In this document: piece after piece, positions 12,641 through 25,495 of the stretch
Position numbering within the stretch: the first letter of the stretch is position 1
Layout: each line of letters begins with the position of its first letter
Source: Octopus bimaculoides
Taxonomy: Eukaryota
Direction of reading: 5' to 3'
DNA: 62,981 nucleotides
Assembly: GCF_001194135.2 (NCBI RefSeq)
Contig: NC_068987.1
Coordinates: forward strand, 5,656,948 to 5,719,928
Notes under the pieces: model-generated
The model's input: the letters and a program-made list of their open reading frames with translations, nothing else
Told to the model about the DNA's origin: nothing
The model's database searches: none
Translations under genes and position numbers: made by a program

Positions 12641-12683
<43 letters not shown>

Positions 12684-13100
12684 GTGTGGTGAGTCTTTGT
12701 AAACAGTTCTTAAAATGTACAAAAGTTTAGGTAAGTGTGGAATTATGAGCTGGATCCCGTAAGAGTGTTCCTATTATATATATAGATATGTACGTACGAA
12801 TGAATGTATGTATGTATGTACGGATGTATGTATGTATGTACGGATGTATGTATGTACGTACGCCTGTATGTATGCATACATGTGTATGCATATGCAAGTC
12901 TACTTATATATATATACAGAAAGAGAGAGAGGGAGAAAGAGAGAGACAGAGAATCAAAGAGAAAGAGAAAGAGAGTGTTTGTAGAAATATATGAATGCGA
13001 GACCATAGAGACACATGCATATGCTTCTTGCATAGATCAGCATCTATTCTGCACATATGCCTAAGCCTGAATACATATTTAGCTAAACACACACACACAC

Positions 13101-13156
<56 letters not shown>

Positions 13157-13589
13157 AGAAAGTTACTCAAACACGAATTACATTTCGTAATAAAGCAGCA
13201 TAATTTTAGCATTTCATGAAAACATTTTCATCAGGAAATCATAATCTACAATTATATCGATCACCTTTCTAGCTTTCTTTCATTTCTTCTCTTTTCCATT
13301 CCATCCATTGTCTGTATTTTACCTGCAGCAATTGCAGCATAATAACAGTGTTTCGAAATTTCTATATATAACCTTTTATTATCTAATTTTAGAATCGATT
13401 TCCATTCGTTCATCGAGTGGAATTATTGAATTGACTATAAATTTTAGATGATTCCTTGCCAAGGTCATAGTTTGGCAATGATTGCCCTCGAGTAAGAATG
13501 TCATAGGTCTTTATTTGTCCAATAAGAATCTTATACACACACAAGCACACACACAAGCACATACACAGGCACACACACACAGAGTATAT

Positions 13590-13620
<31 letters not shown>

Positions 13621-13722
13621 CATATATATACATATACATATACAAGTACACATGTGTACATATATATTATACACACACAGAGTATATATATATGTATATT
13701 TTTATATATATATACACATATA

Positions 13723-13802
<80 letters not shown>

Positions 13803-14236
13803 CATATACATGTACACATGTGTACATACGTATTACATACACACACACACACACACGCCGGTTTCGATTCTCACTTAGAATTAATACTCACCATTACCCC
13901 TGGTGTTGTGTGCATGTTAAAATCAACTTAAACATCACACAAATATATTCTGCTTTCATGTTGTTTATTGTAATGCGTCTCAAATAATATATCTTCGGCG
14001 TTGTTATTGGATTCTTTACAAAGTTTACAGTGTTTTTCAGATTTAAAAGATGGAAGCAATTCAGTGACATAAATGTCTTCTTCAAGAGCAAATGAAGTTC
14101 CTACATGTAAGAACCCATTATATTTTCAGACATTTAAAAGAAGGCGGTTTAATACATACAGGGTGACTATCGCGATTTGAAATATCTGGACGGTATATGG
14201 TTGTCAGCCATGTTGAAAGAAATCATTTATCAGATG

Positions 14237-14630
14237 CGCAGGCATGGCTGTGTGGTAAGAAGCCTGTTTCCCTACCGCAATGGTTCCAGAGGTAGTCCCA
14301 CGGTATGGCAACATGAGCAAGTGTCTTCTACTATAGCCTCGGGCAGACCAAAACCTTGTGAGTGAATTTGGTGGACGGAAACTGAAAGAAGTCCGTCGTA
14401 TATATATAATATATATGTGTGTGTGTGTCTTTGCATCTGTGACAACCTGTCTTTACTTCCCCGTAACTTAGCGGTTCGTCAGAAGAGTCCGATAGAATAA
14501 ATACCTGGCTTATAAAAAAGTAAGTGCTGGGTCGATTCATTCAACTAAAAAGTCCTCAAGGCGGTACCCCAGTATGGCCGCAGCCCAATGACTGAAACGA
14601 GTAAGAAATAAAAGAAATTAAAAGATAAAA
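14237..14630 (+). mobile_element. SINE family B, full bipartite copy
   Basis: gcaggcatggctgtgtggtaagaagc...gcaagtgtcttctactatagcctcgggcagacc...gaaactgaaagaagtccgtcg, then (TA)(TG)n, then ccccgtaacttagcggttcg...gggtcgattcattcaact...gtatggccgcagcccaatgactgaaac. Confidence 0.9.
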
Positions 14631-14639
14631 GATTATGTT

Positions 14640-15295
14640 AGCAACGAGGAGGAATAGACAAAAAGGACAGAGCATCGGACAAAATATTCTGTAGCCTTCA
14701 TTCCGAGTCTTTCCCTTCTGAGTTCAACTCCTTCCGAGGTCGGCTTTGCTTTTCAGTCTTTCAAAGTCGATAAAATAAATTATCAATTAAAAACTGGGGT
14801 CGATAAATTCGAGTATCCCTTTACCCCACACCACAAAGAATTGCTTACCGTGTGCCAAAATCTGAAAACCTTAAAAGCGATAAGAAGCCAGAATTCTTAG
14901 CGCGGGTTTTTTACGTGCTAATCTCAAATACTGCTTTGCTTATCATCCTCCTGTGATCGTTAAAATAAAGTGCCACTCAAAAACTGGTGGTGGATAATCG
15001 AATAACCCCACTACCCATATTTCAGGCTTTGTGCTTACCTCAGAAACGATTTCTGTGGCAGCAATTTAAAATGACAATCTGGCAGAACCGTTAACACGCG
15101 GGGCAAAATGCTAAGCAATTTTTCGTTCGTTTTTATGTTTTGCGTTCAAATTCCACCGAGGCTGACTTTGTCTTTCATCCTATCGTGATCGATAAAATAA
15201 GTACTAGATGAGAAGTTGGGTCGATGTAACCGACTTACTCCCTCCCCGGAACTTGCAGTTCTTGTGCCAAAATTTGAAGCCAATACTATTTAAAA
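14640..15295 (+). mobile_element. Cluster of diverged SINE family A copies (about 14640-14870 and 15075-15295)
   Basis: gagttcaactccttccgaggtcggctttgc, ttcaaattccaccgaggctgactttg and gggtcgatgtaaccgac motifs. Confidence 0.75.
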
Positions 15296-15764
15296 GAGCA
15301 TTTGTGACATAGAGTTATACAAGACAGCTGGAGCGTGACTTGCCTGAGATACAATAATGTGGTTTTAATGTAAGGTGGTTTTATATTGCAATGAAATTAC
15401 GTCCTGGTGATGTATAAAATAGTGTACCTGCAGAGAGGCTGCGTATATTGTGGTATAATAGCGTAATGCAGTGAAAAATAAAGCCTGGAATAGTTCCAGT
15501 ATTTTTATGCTTCAGTGGATGTCAGTGAAAGAGTTTCGGTTGCAACTTCTTCCATGACATTAATATTTCTTTATGAGTCGTTTGATTTTCTCTTTTCAGA
15601 GGAGGTAAGTGGAGTAAGAAGTTTCCTATGACACTTCGGGCGAAGATAAAACAGTAAGATAAATATGAAATATGTTAATTTGCAGCAACTCGACGAAATA
15701 TTAATGTTTCACGAAGAAAAGTTCTACCGAAGACAAGTAATTTCTTTCATTACCAAAAAGTATC

Positions 15765-15932
15765 GCGCAGGCGTGGCTGTGTGGTAAAGACCTTGCTTCC
15801 CAACGACATGGTTCTTGGTTCAGTCCTTCTGGGTGGAACCTCGGGTAACTCTCTTCTCCTGTATAGCCCCGGATAAATCAAAGCCTTGTGAGTGGATTTC
15901 GTAGACGGAAATTAAAAGACGCTCGTCGTATA
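15765..15932 (+). mobile_element. SINE family B head
   Basis: gcaggcgtggctgtgtggtaaagaccttgcttccc...ggttcagtcc...gccttgtgagtggatttcgtagacggaaa followed by (TA)(TG). Confidence 0.85.
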
Positions 15933-16029
15933 TATATATATATGTGTGTGTGGGGGAAAGATGAAAGATATACATACAACTAGTCTTGAACTGTAAACAG
16001 AGGAGACTGCCGCTCCTTTTCCGATCGCG

Positions 16030-16690
16030 ACGGTGCCAAGTAGGCCACTGTTAGGCACAGAAATTCTCATTTACAGCTAAGTGAAATGAAGTCACGTGAA
16101 AAGAAATATTTTGTTCAAAAACCCAACGCCTCGTCCGGGGATCAAAACCCTGATCTTGCGATCGTGAGTACAACATCCTAACCACCAGCCGCATGCTTTC
16201 ACGTTGTTGCTAATGATGCTATTAATTACTTTATGCAGTTGGACGGGAAACTGGCAGAGGGGTTAGCACGACTGACAAAATGCTTAGCGGCATTTCGTCT
16301 GTCTTTACGTTTTGAGTTCAAATTGTGCCGAAGTCGGTTAAGCCTTTCATCCTTTCGGGGTAAAAAATAAATAAATAAATAAATGTACCAGTTGAGCCCA
16401 GGATCAATGTAATCAACTTGCCCCACCCTTCTAAACCCAGCGAGCCATGTGCCCAAATTAGAAACCATTAATTACTTTGTGTAGCAGGAGTGTTAGCACA
16501 GCGGACAAAAAGCTTAGCAGCATTTCATTCGATCCTTCATCTTCTAAGTTCAAATTCCATGGAGATCTAAGTGACCTTTCCTGTGTTCAAGGTCGATAAA
16601 ACAAACTACCACTGCCGGAATTGACGCAATCGGCTTCCTCTTCCCCTCAAAATTGCTGGCATTGTACCAAAATTAGAAAGAGTTAATTCC
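16030..16690. mobile_element. SINE cluster: family C fragment (minus, about 16030-16200) and two family A copies (plus, about 16245-16470 and 16490-16690)
   Basis: Matches to the family C head (gcgatcgtgag...ctaaccac) and to family A motifs (aaatgcttagcggcatttcgtc, gagttcaaattg). Confidence 0.75.
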
Positions 16691-17039
16691 TTTTTGCTGT
16701 GAGCCACTGTTTGGCTTGTTTTTGTAGGATACAAATATTTGCCAGTTTGCTATGTATATTTCTATTTCTTTGTTTAATTGTTTGATACTGAATGTTATTT
16801 CGGTTGTGCATGATATTAATTTACTGCAGTAGAGATTAGTTTAGCATTTTTCTTTTTATTTCCACGAGGCTGGTTATTTCTGGTGGATATTTTCGTTTCA
16901 AAATATTTGTTAAATTTGCCAGGGAATTTTTCAATGCGTCTATAATTATTTAGCTGAATGCAGGTACGGCAGCTTTTCGTTGTTGCTTGTGGTTTCGTTG
17001 AATTTTTTAAATCTTTTTTTTTCCCGTTTACCAGTCAAT

Positions 17040-17270
17040 GAAGTTCGGCCATGTTAGGGCACCACCTCGAAGGGTGTAGACGAGCAAAGTGACCTCGGTC
17101 AATGGATTACGGCCATGCTGGGGCACTCTCTTGAAGAGTTTAGCTAAACAAATCGTCCCTAGTACAAATTTTGCTGTTTTATTTAAGTCTGGCGCTTGTC
17201 TTATCTGTCTCTTTTGCCGAACGGCTAAGTGACAGGGGTGTAAATAAGCCAACAGCAGTTGTCAAGCGAT
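17040..17270 (-). mobile_element. SINE family B 3' module
   Basis: cggccatgctggggcac...ttttgccgaacggctaag...gttgtcaagcg matches the reverse complement of 14430-14625. Confidence 0.7.
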
Positions 17271-17622
17271 ACAAACTAAGAAACACAGACGCAAAATCAC
17301 ACACTCACATAGACAGGTCAGCTTTAGGACTGCTGAGGCAGACCTGAGGCTCACCTGGAGTGGAAAGTTTACATCACTGAAGAGGTAGCGATGGCAACGA
17401 AAGGACTTTGAGAAACATAACTAGTTGGTCGATTAATCGAGTGATTAATCAAATAATCGATTCGTTCATTGGTTAAATAGATAAACAATTAAGAAATAAA
17501 AAGAGAAGTGAAACAGAGCCAGGGCGTGTATTCATTATTGACATAATAATCCTCCCGAAATTGAACAAAATCTGTTTCAACACGTATTCACATCAAGAAT
17601 TTTGCAAACCAAATACAAAACG

Positions 17623-17698
<76 letters not shown>

Positions 17699-18532
17699 GT
17701 GCGTGTGGCCACAGAAACACTCACTCATAGATATATTCGTGTATACTTGTGTACATGCTTTTATTAATTAAGGCGCTTTGTTATGTAGGTTGTTATTTGG
17801 AAAGCCTGCACTGCTAATGTAGCATCATAACTCATTAATATGCGAATGACACTTGTGAATCTGTACTGGAAGCAAGATTTTATGTGTTATGTAACTACCA
17901 TCATTTTAATTGGTTTCTTCTAACCTGATCTGAGTGTAAATTGGAATATGGGGCGTTTTATATGAAGGCAGTTAACATTTTCCATGAATTGTTGCTATGC
18001 AGATGCCTAATGTGGCGATAAAATCTTATAGTCCATAAAAGCTCCTTTGTTGCCGTTGATATTGAAATGTATAACTTTACTTATTTTTTCTCCATCAGGT
18101 TTGAAATATTAAATGCATTCTGTGCGGACCTGCGATTTTGAGAAAGGAAATGATAACTAATAACTGTGTTTCCTGTTTTCATTGTAGTTCGTACTATAAC
18201 TGTGATCATTCTTATTATTTCTATAATGACTTTCTGTAATGTTTTTCTGGAAATTTTCAACGTGGCGTTGTTAACAGCGATTTCTGTGAATATTTTATAA
18301 CTTAAAATATTCACCTTTATAGGTATTTTGTTATCCGTTTTGCATAAGTTCCCTGAAGTTTATTGTCCTCTGATCTTCTGATCACATTTGAATGTATTGG
18401 GAAAAACTATTCGATTGGAGGAAAAACATCCGACCGACATTCTATCAGTGGCTATGGCGTCTTCGTTTTTGGCATTCGGGAAAATGATCTGAAATCCCTT
18501 TAGAATGAATATAAATTGCTAACATCTCAGTC

Positions 18533-18690
18533 CAGGTATGGCTGCGTCGTTATGAACTTCGTTTTACAACTACGTGGTTTCAGGTTCAGATCCACTATGC
18601 AGCACCTTGGACAAGTGACTTCTACTATAACCATGGGTTAACCAATACCTTGTGAGTGAAAGTAATAGATGGAAACTGTGCTGAAGTCCG
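18533..18690 (+). mobile_element. SINE family B head abutting the mariner fragment
   Basis: caggtatggctgcgtcg...ggttcagatccactatgcagcaccttggacaagtgacttctactataacc...ccttgtgagtga. Confidence 0.75.
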
Positions 18691-19235
18691 ACAATTTCAT
18701 GGCAATATGTTTCTGTAGTAATGCTTTTTCCGGGTTTTAAGAAATTATAGTGGATGAGTCTAACAGTACACCACCAAACACTCACCATAACCTTCTTTTT
18801 GAAGAGCTTGGGTTTAGGGAAGGTTTTCGGTGCTTCATTGCGGTCCAACCACAGCGAAGAACGTTTCTTATTATTGTACAGAATCCACTTCTCATCGCAA
18901 GTCACAGTACAGTCGAGAAAAGGATCGGTCTGGTTACGCAGAAGAAACGACGAGAAAATTTCATATCTGCGCATTTTCTGACTTTCATTCAAATCGTGGG
19001 GCACCCATTTGTCGAGCTTCTTTGATTTTCCGATCTCATGCAAATGGTTGCAGGCAATTTTCTGGCTAACTTGAAGTTCTTTTGCCAGTTGTTGAGTCGT
19101 TTTACGTGGCTCTTTCTCAATGGCAGTCTTTAAGTGACCGTCATCGATGGCAGATGGGCGTCCACTACGCTCACGATCATGACGGGTATATTGGGCTTTG
19201 TAAAATTGTACCGCAGTGTCACTTTGATGGCATGC
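18690..19235 (-). mobile_element. Mariner (Tc1/mariner, DD34D-type) transposase fragment, truncated at both ends
   Basis: Translates ...ERSGRPSAIDDGHLKTAIERKPRKTTQQLAKELQVSQKIACNHLHEIGKSKKLDKWVPHDLNESQK...TVTCDEKWILYNN...PKPKLFKKKVMVSVWW...IHYNFLKPGKSITTETYCHEI. Contains the HTH region, the WVPH(E/D)L linker and the first catalytic Asp (CDEKW); the rest of the catalytic domain and the TIRs are not seen. Confidence 0.93.
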
Positions 19236-19246
19236 ACTACTCTCTC

Positions 19247-19277
<31 letters not shown>

Positions 19278-20429
19278 CATACATACATACATACATACGT
19301 ACGTACATACATACATCCATGCATACATACATACATGCATACATACATACCAAAGCTTCCTCATCTTAAACTCTTTAAATGAAAACATGCATGCACGTAG
19401 TCATGTGCATCCACAAAGACAGATATGTTAAAAACTAACAACGTGCACACAGACACACGTACAAACACCTCAGTACTAAAGAGATATGTTCATACATAAC
19501 ATAAATGCAAATGCATACACTTACGTGTTGGTACATACTAATTCAGCCACATATTAACAAGCCCCAGGAATCGCTAACTCAAAAAGTTTTTTTCTCATTT
19601 TATTAACGACCGGCTTGAACTCCTTGAAAAAGAGCTTAAATAAAACTCAAAGAAAACATACGTAACCAGACAATAATTTCACATATATACTAATAATAAT
19701 TGTCTTATTTGGTTTTGTTACAGAATGCCTCGGGGACAATCTGGAAAAGGTCTTTTTTTTTCTGAAAAAGAAATCAGCCAGCTATCGTGAAATATTTCAG
19801 AAGAATATTTAATAATATCATGCGAAACTTCTCTCACGCTCAACATGAGAATTTGTCTTTTGTTATTTATATTCGAAAGACAACGGAGCTTTGTCTCTTT
19901 GCTAGAAACCAGCTCCTTCCCTACGGGAAAACTTCAAGTAATTAAAAGTAGAACCGAACACCCCCCCCGCCCGCCTGCATGCACGCATGCGCTCACACAT
20001 AATACATACATACACATGCACATACATACATGCACGCACATATACGCAATCTTCAACTGGGAACTTTTATAACGAATATTGTTATTCCGTGTTCGAAAAT
20101 TAAGATTGTTTGCATCACCAGTTTTACGTTTGGCGCTTAGTCGTTTTGTATTATTGATTGTCTAGCACTTAATGTTTAGCATTTAATTGTTTCCCGCATT
20201 CGTATTTGAAACATGCTCACAAACAAATCATTAAGCAGCTTCATAAGTAAATACTTTTGAATTAAATCCAAATTTCGCCCGTATAATAGATCTGTACCCT
20301 TGAATATAATAAATGTAGACCGACGTGGTAGACATACGAACATGACAAAGCAAGCACTTTTGAAGGGAATGTGCGCCTCAATTACATTGATCCTATACTT
20401 AATTAGTACATATTTTACCGACGTCGAAA

Positions 20430-20935
20430 GATTGAAAGGCAAAGTCCACTTCGGCAGAATTTGAATTCAGAACGTAAAGACGGACGAAATGCCGCTCAGC
20501 ATTTAGTCCGACGTGCTAACGATTCTGCCAGCTCGTCGCCTTAGTAGACGCAAATACGAGCTCAACTGGTTTTTGTTTAATCAACACCGAAAGAATGAAA
20601 GTCTAAGTTCACCTTGGTGGAATTTGAACTCAGAACGTAAAGACGGAAGAAATGCCACCAAACATTTTGTCCGGCATGGAAACAATTCTACCAGTTGGCC
20701 TTTAATATACGCAAATTAATTCTTGCAACTATAGGCACAAGGCCTGGAATTTGGAATCGGTGCCTAGTTGATTACATTGAATCTAGCACTCAAATGGTAC
20801 TTATTTTATCGATTCCCGATAGGATGAAAAGCAAAGTTTGCCTCAGCGGAATTTGAACTCAGAACGTGAAGTCAGATGAAATGCCGCTAAGCATTTTGAC
20901 TGACGTGGTAACGATTCTGCCAGCTCGCAACTTCA
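20430..20935 (-). mobile_element. Three head-to-tail SINE family A copies
   Basis: gaatttgaa(c/t)tcagaacgt occurs at about 20457, 20622 and 20849, each followed by gaaatgcc...aacgattctgccag-like sequence. Confidence 0.85.
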
Positions 20936-22334
20936 CAATACCCAAATTAATAGTAACATATAAACGTTGTTATCTCACCAAACTAAATGTATCTTCTACA
21001 AAACAGACGCAGTTATCAGATGAATAAAGTACTCCAATATCTTCACTTCATTTGCAAGTGTCAGTGTATTTTCAGGAAATACATTTAATTCTGTGTATTT
21101 CAGTTAATCTAGCCATTTGTAGTAAGGCTGTAGATATTTTTAGGAATATTTCGGGTAGAAGATAGACTGGCGTCATTCAGAAAACGAGAATAATCCACAG
21201 TCGACATAAAGTTATTGACTATCTAATGCTTAAATAATTATTTATCGAAATAATCTTCGTAGCATATGCTATGTCACTCTATAATTCCGAAACAACTTCC
21301 TTTCGTTACTAATGTTACAGATGCCATTTCTACAGACAAACACAAACACAAACTTTTAGACACAGAACTCGAGATTTACACTTCAAAAGCTTCGGTGCCA
21401 GGCCCGTGTACAATGATATTGTTACGGAAACTTGTACATACATACATACATACATACATACATACATGCATCTGCACACACATACATACATATATACAAA
21501 CAAAAATACTCTGTTGTTGATGTTGAAATTCCAATGAAGGAGCATTGGATCTAGGTTAGAAAACGGTTCTTTCTTGGCAAGAAATCTTGAAATAAACTGA
21601 ATAATGACATACATACACACGCACGCATGCTCGCACGCATGTACACATGCACGTACATCACACAAACACACACGCATGCGCGCGCATGTAAGTCTATAAT
21701 ACATCTAGGATGATTTGAGCTTCGACTAACGTACGCAAGATTTTCATTCGGTTTGTGAAAAGGTTGCACATGTCCTAGAATATTAGTTTTACTAATTTAA
21801 TATTTGCTATAAACTGTTATTTATTCCTCTCTGTTTAAATAATTGATGAGTCTTGAATTGTTCTTTTTTTTTCGCATTCTTATAAAGATTTCCCTTCTAC
21901 CAACTTTTCAAAATCTTATAGTTAACTTTCATTAAACTATCCAGGCAATCTATGGCAGCACTGAACCCAATAAAGAGGCATCGGATATCATTCCTTTTCG
22001 TGGTCAGGTCTACTGTGCTTCGATTTTTGCTGCTACTGTAATTCACCCTTCTCTTTTCTGCCTGTGTAATGCTGGCCAACGACTTACTTGAAGTAGATGA
22101 CTTAGTTTTAAAATAATGTTATCTTAGTCACTTTCTTTGGCAGTCAGTGCATTGTGACTCTAAAAAGGATGGGAGGCCATGAATGTTCTTTCTTTTCTCT
22201 TCAGTGGAGCGACCATGGATCGATCGATTAGTAAGACTGAACTAGGGAACTAAAAATCCCTCCAATGCTTATCCGAAACACACACTCACGTATGTATGTA
22301 AGTATGTATGTATGTATGTATGTATGTATGTATG

Positions 22335-22365
<31 letters not shown>

Positions 22366-22611
22366 GGGTCATTTCATCATATCGAACAGTTAATCGATAT
22401 TTTCGGTAAATTTGAACTATATCTTATATATATATATATATATATGAAACGACCCCTTGAGTTTAACACAGCCTCTAGTCGAATTTATTTATATACATTT
22501 ATATGTGTAGTGTGTGTGTGTGTGTGTGTGCGTATATGTGTATGTGTTGCGCGCGAGTGTGTGTGTGTGTATATGTGTGGTGTATGTGTGTGCGTGTATG
22601 TGTGTGTGTTA

Positions 22612-22772
22612 GACCAAATTCGATCAACCAAATTCACTCACAAGGTATTCATTGGTCGGCTCCGGGACTACTGGAGAAGACACTTGCCTAAGGCACCACA
22701 CAGTAGGATTGGACACTCGAAACCACGTGGCTGCAAAACGAGTTTTTTCACCACGCAGCTACAACCGGGCCT
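22612..22772 (-). mobile_element. SINE family B head next to (TG)n
   Basis: accaaattcactcacaaggta...gaagacacttgcctaaggcaccacacag...ccacgcagctac. Confidence 0.75.
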
Positions 22773-22958
22773 ATAATGTTGGATAATAACCTATGATTAC
22801 ATGTTTTTCTTGTTAATTGTAAAATTCAAAGAAACGAGTTTTGCGTTGTTTGTTTTAGTTTTTGTTATTCCAGTTGCTGCCGTTTTCATTTCTATAGTTG
22901 TTAGATGTTTCTTCTTTGACTTCAAAGGAAAAACAACAACAACAGCAGCAGCAGCAGC

Positions 22959-23001
<43 letters not shown>

Positions 23002-23244
23002 CGTTATTACTTCTATATTGTTTATTCACTGGTTTTAATTAATGTAAGTTATAATCTGCAGGCAGCCATGTTTCCCCCGTTTGCTACTGCTGTCTCACTT
23101 TTTCTTTGACCAACAAAGCAGACCAAATTCAGTGTATTTTTTTTTACTTCTTTGATGTAATTTCTATCTTTACTACAATTTCTATTGGGAGTATTTATTT
23201 ATTTATTTTTGCGCTAAAATCCAATTTGCTATCGTTAATCCTTG

Positions 23245-23540
<296 letters not shown>

Positions 23541-24349
23541 AGAGTACTCAATAAGCGCAAACCTCCTCCAAGGCAACACCAACGTTCACACGACGATTAG
23601 CCGGAGGTGATTTTTAAAATGAGAATATCTGAAATAAACTCGACTGCTCTCACAAACGAGAATACTAAAAATGAACTGAACCGCTCTCAAAAATTAAGTA
23701 AAAAAAAGACCGGAAAAATAATTCAGAATCATTGTCCGGAACCGGATCGATCCAAATGGTAGTCATAAAATATGAAGGTGGGTGTGCAAGCCGTGTTTGT
23801 AATGCTCTGTGTGTGTCGTCTGCAGTGGGAACTTTTCTCATTCACGAGTACAAGAGTATTATTATAGTAGATTATCGCGGTAACCATGGGTGCAATGAAA
23901 AAATACAAAGCCTAGCGACACCACCGGATCATTCTACACATCTGTGTAAATTTTCGCGTAATTCCACAAGGCCGTTTGACTGTGAATCCCTAGACAAGAA
24001 AGAATTGCGCATATGAAATTTATATGTATAGATAGAAAGGCAGATGAAACACAAGTTGGTTTAATGCGTATGCATGGAATACAAACTTCAGAGTACGGAA
24101 TAAAGAATACAGAGTATAAGAAAGGAATTATGTAATAGTGTTATCTTGACAGCTGTTTCGGGCGAACCATGGCTTATGGCGTATCGTTACTGTGTGTAAT
24201 ATGTTCATACTGGTCCGTTAGGCGAAGCCAGAAGGTCTCTCTTATCGGAAGAATACGGCAAAAATATATGCATGCACACACACACACGCACACACACAGA
24301 GGCATAAGATATAAGATTTGGTGCTTTCATACACGGGTAGTTATGTCGA

Positions 24350-24690
24350 TATTGGTTTGGTTTCAAATTTTTCCACAAGATCAGGAATGTTGTGGAAGGG
24401 ATAATTTGACTGTATTGACTCCATTGCTCAAGTGGTACTTATTTTAATCGACCCTGATAGGACGAAAGTCAAAGTCAATGTGTGTGTATCTGTGTATTTG
24501 TTCTCCTCACCGCTTGACAACCGGTGTTGGTTTGTTAACGTTCCCGTAATTTAATGGTTCGGCAAAAGTTGTCGATAGAAAAAGAACCAAATTTTAAACG
24601 AAAAAATAAGTACTAGTGTGGATTCTGTTCGATTGCACTCTTGAGGGTGATGCTCCAGCTTGGCCGCAGTCTTAGATAAAAGAAGACGGT
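24350..24690. mobile_element. SINE fragments: family A (minus, about 24350-24480) joined to a family B 3' module (plus, about 24480-24690)
   Basis: gtggtacttattttaatcgaccc...aaagtcaaagtc; then ccgcttgacaaccggtgttgg...gctccagcttggccgcagtc. Confidence 0.7.
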
Positions 24691-24911
24691 CATCGTAGTC
24701 TTGGGAAAATCTTGTGGTATGAGCATCATTTGGGTTAATCCAATTAATGAATCCTGTCAGTGCAGTAATTATAAATGAAAGTGGATACGGCTTTGAACTA
24801 CTCGTATAAGAACATTTGAATCAAATCAAATAAAAACAGGAGACAAATACAGAGAGATAAACTGGACGTGGTATATAAAAGGCTCTCAGCCTTTAATGAA
24901 AATATACACCG

Positions 24912-24965
<54 letters not shown>

Positions 24966-25139
24966 CACCACACTACAGATGATCGGCTATTGTTAGATTC
25001 ACAAGTCTGGGGATGTGAGTGGCTGACGAAAGACATGTCAAAACACCGGGTTTCCAGAATCTCTTCTACTAAAACATTGTGTGTGTGTTACGAAAACACA
25101 TTTCACGTAAAGGCGAAGTTGTTCTTCGCATCTGCCAAA

Positions 25140-25272
25140 TAATATTAATCATTATTTTGCCTTTCATCCTTCCATGATCGATAAATTAAGTACCAGTGAA
25201 ACCCTGGGGGCGTCGAGGAAATCGACTAGTCCCCTCACCACAATTTCAGGCCTTATGTCTATAGTACAAAGG

Positions 25273-25328
<56 letters not shown>

Positions 25329-25495
25329 GGCGGCGAGCTGGCAGAATCGTCAGCACGCCGGGCGAAATGCTTAGCGGTATTTCGTCCGTCGCTACGTTCT
25401 GAGTTCAAATTCCGCCGAGATCGACTTCGTCTTTCATCCTTTCGGGGTTGATAGAATTAAGTACCAGTTGCACACTGGGTCGGTGTGATCAACAA
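25140..25495 (+). mobile_element. SINE family A 3' half + (ATT)n tail + second family A copy starting at 25327
   Basis: gataaattaagtaccag...caggccttatgtctatagtacaaagg(att)n, then aaggcggcgagctggcagaatcgtcagcacgccgggcgaaatgcttagcgg. Confidence 0.88.

Noticed and set aside
24140-24200. Minus-strand CCGAAACAGCTGTC resembling the 3' half of a minimal hammerhead
   Set aside because: The upstream core reads GTAACGA rather than CTGANGA, and neither stem I nor stem II can be formed convincingly.
24979-25014. Possible 36-nt exon (DDRLLLDSQVWG) ending at GTGAGT
   Set aside because: The acceptor lacks a polypyrimidine tract (it follows a GA microsatellite); chance level.
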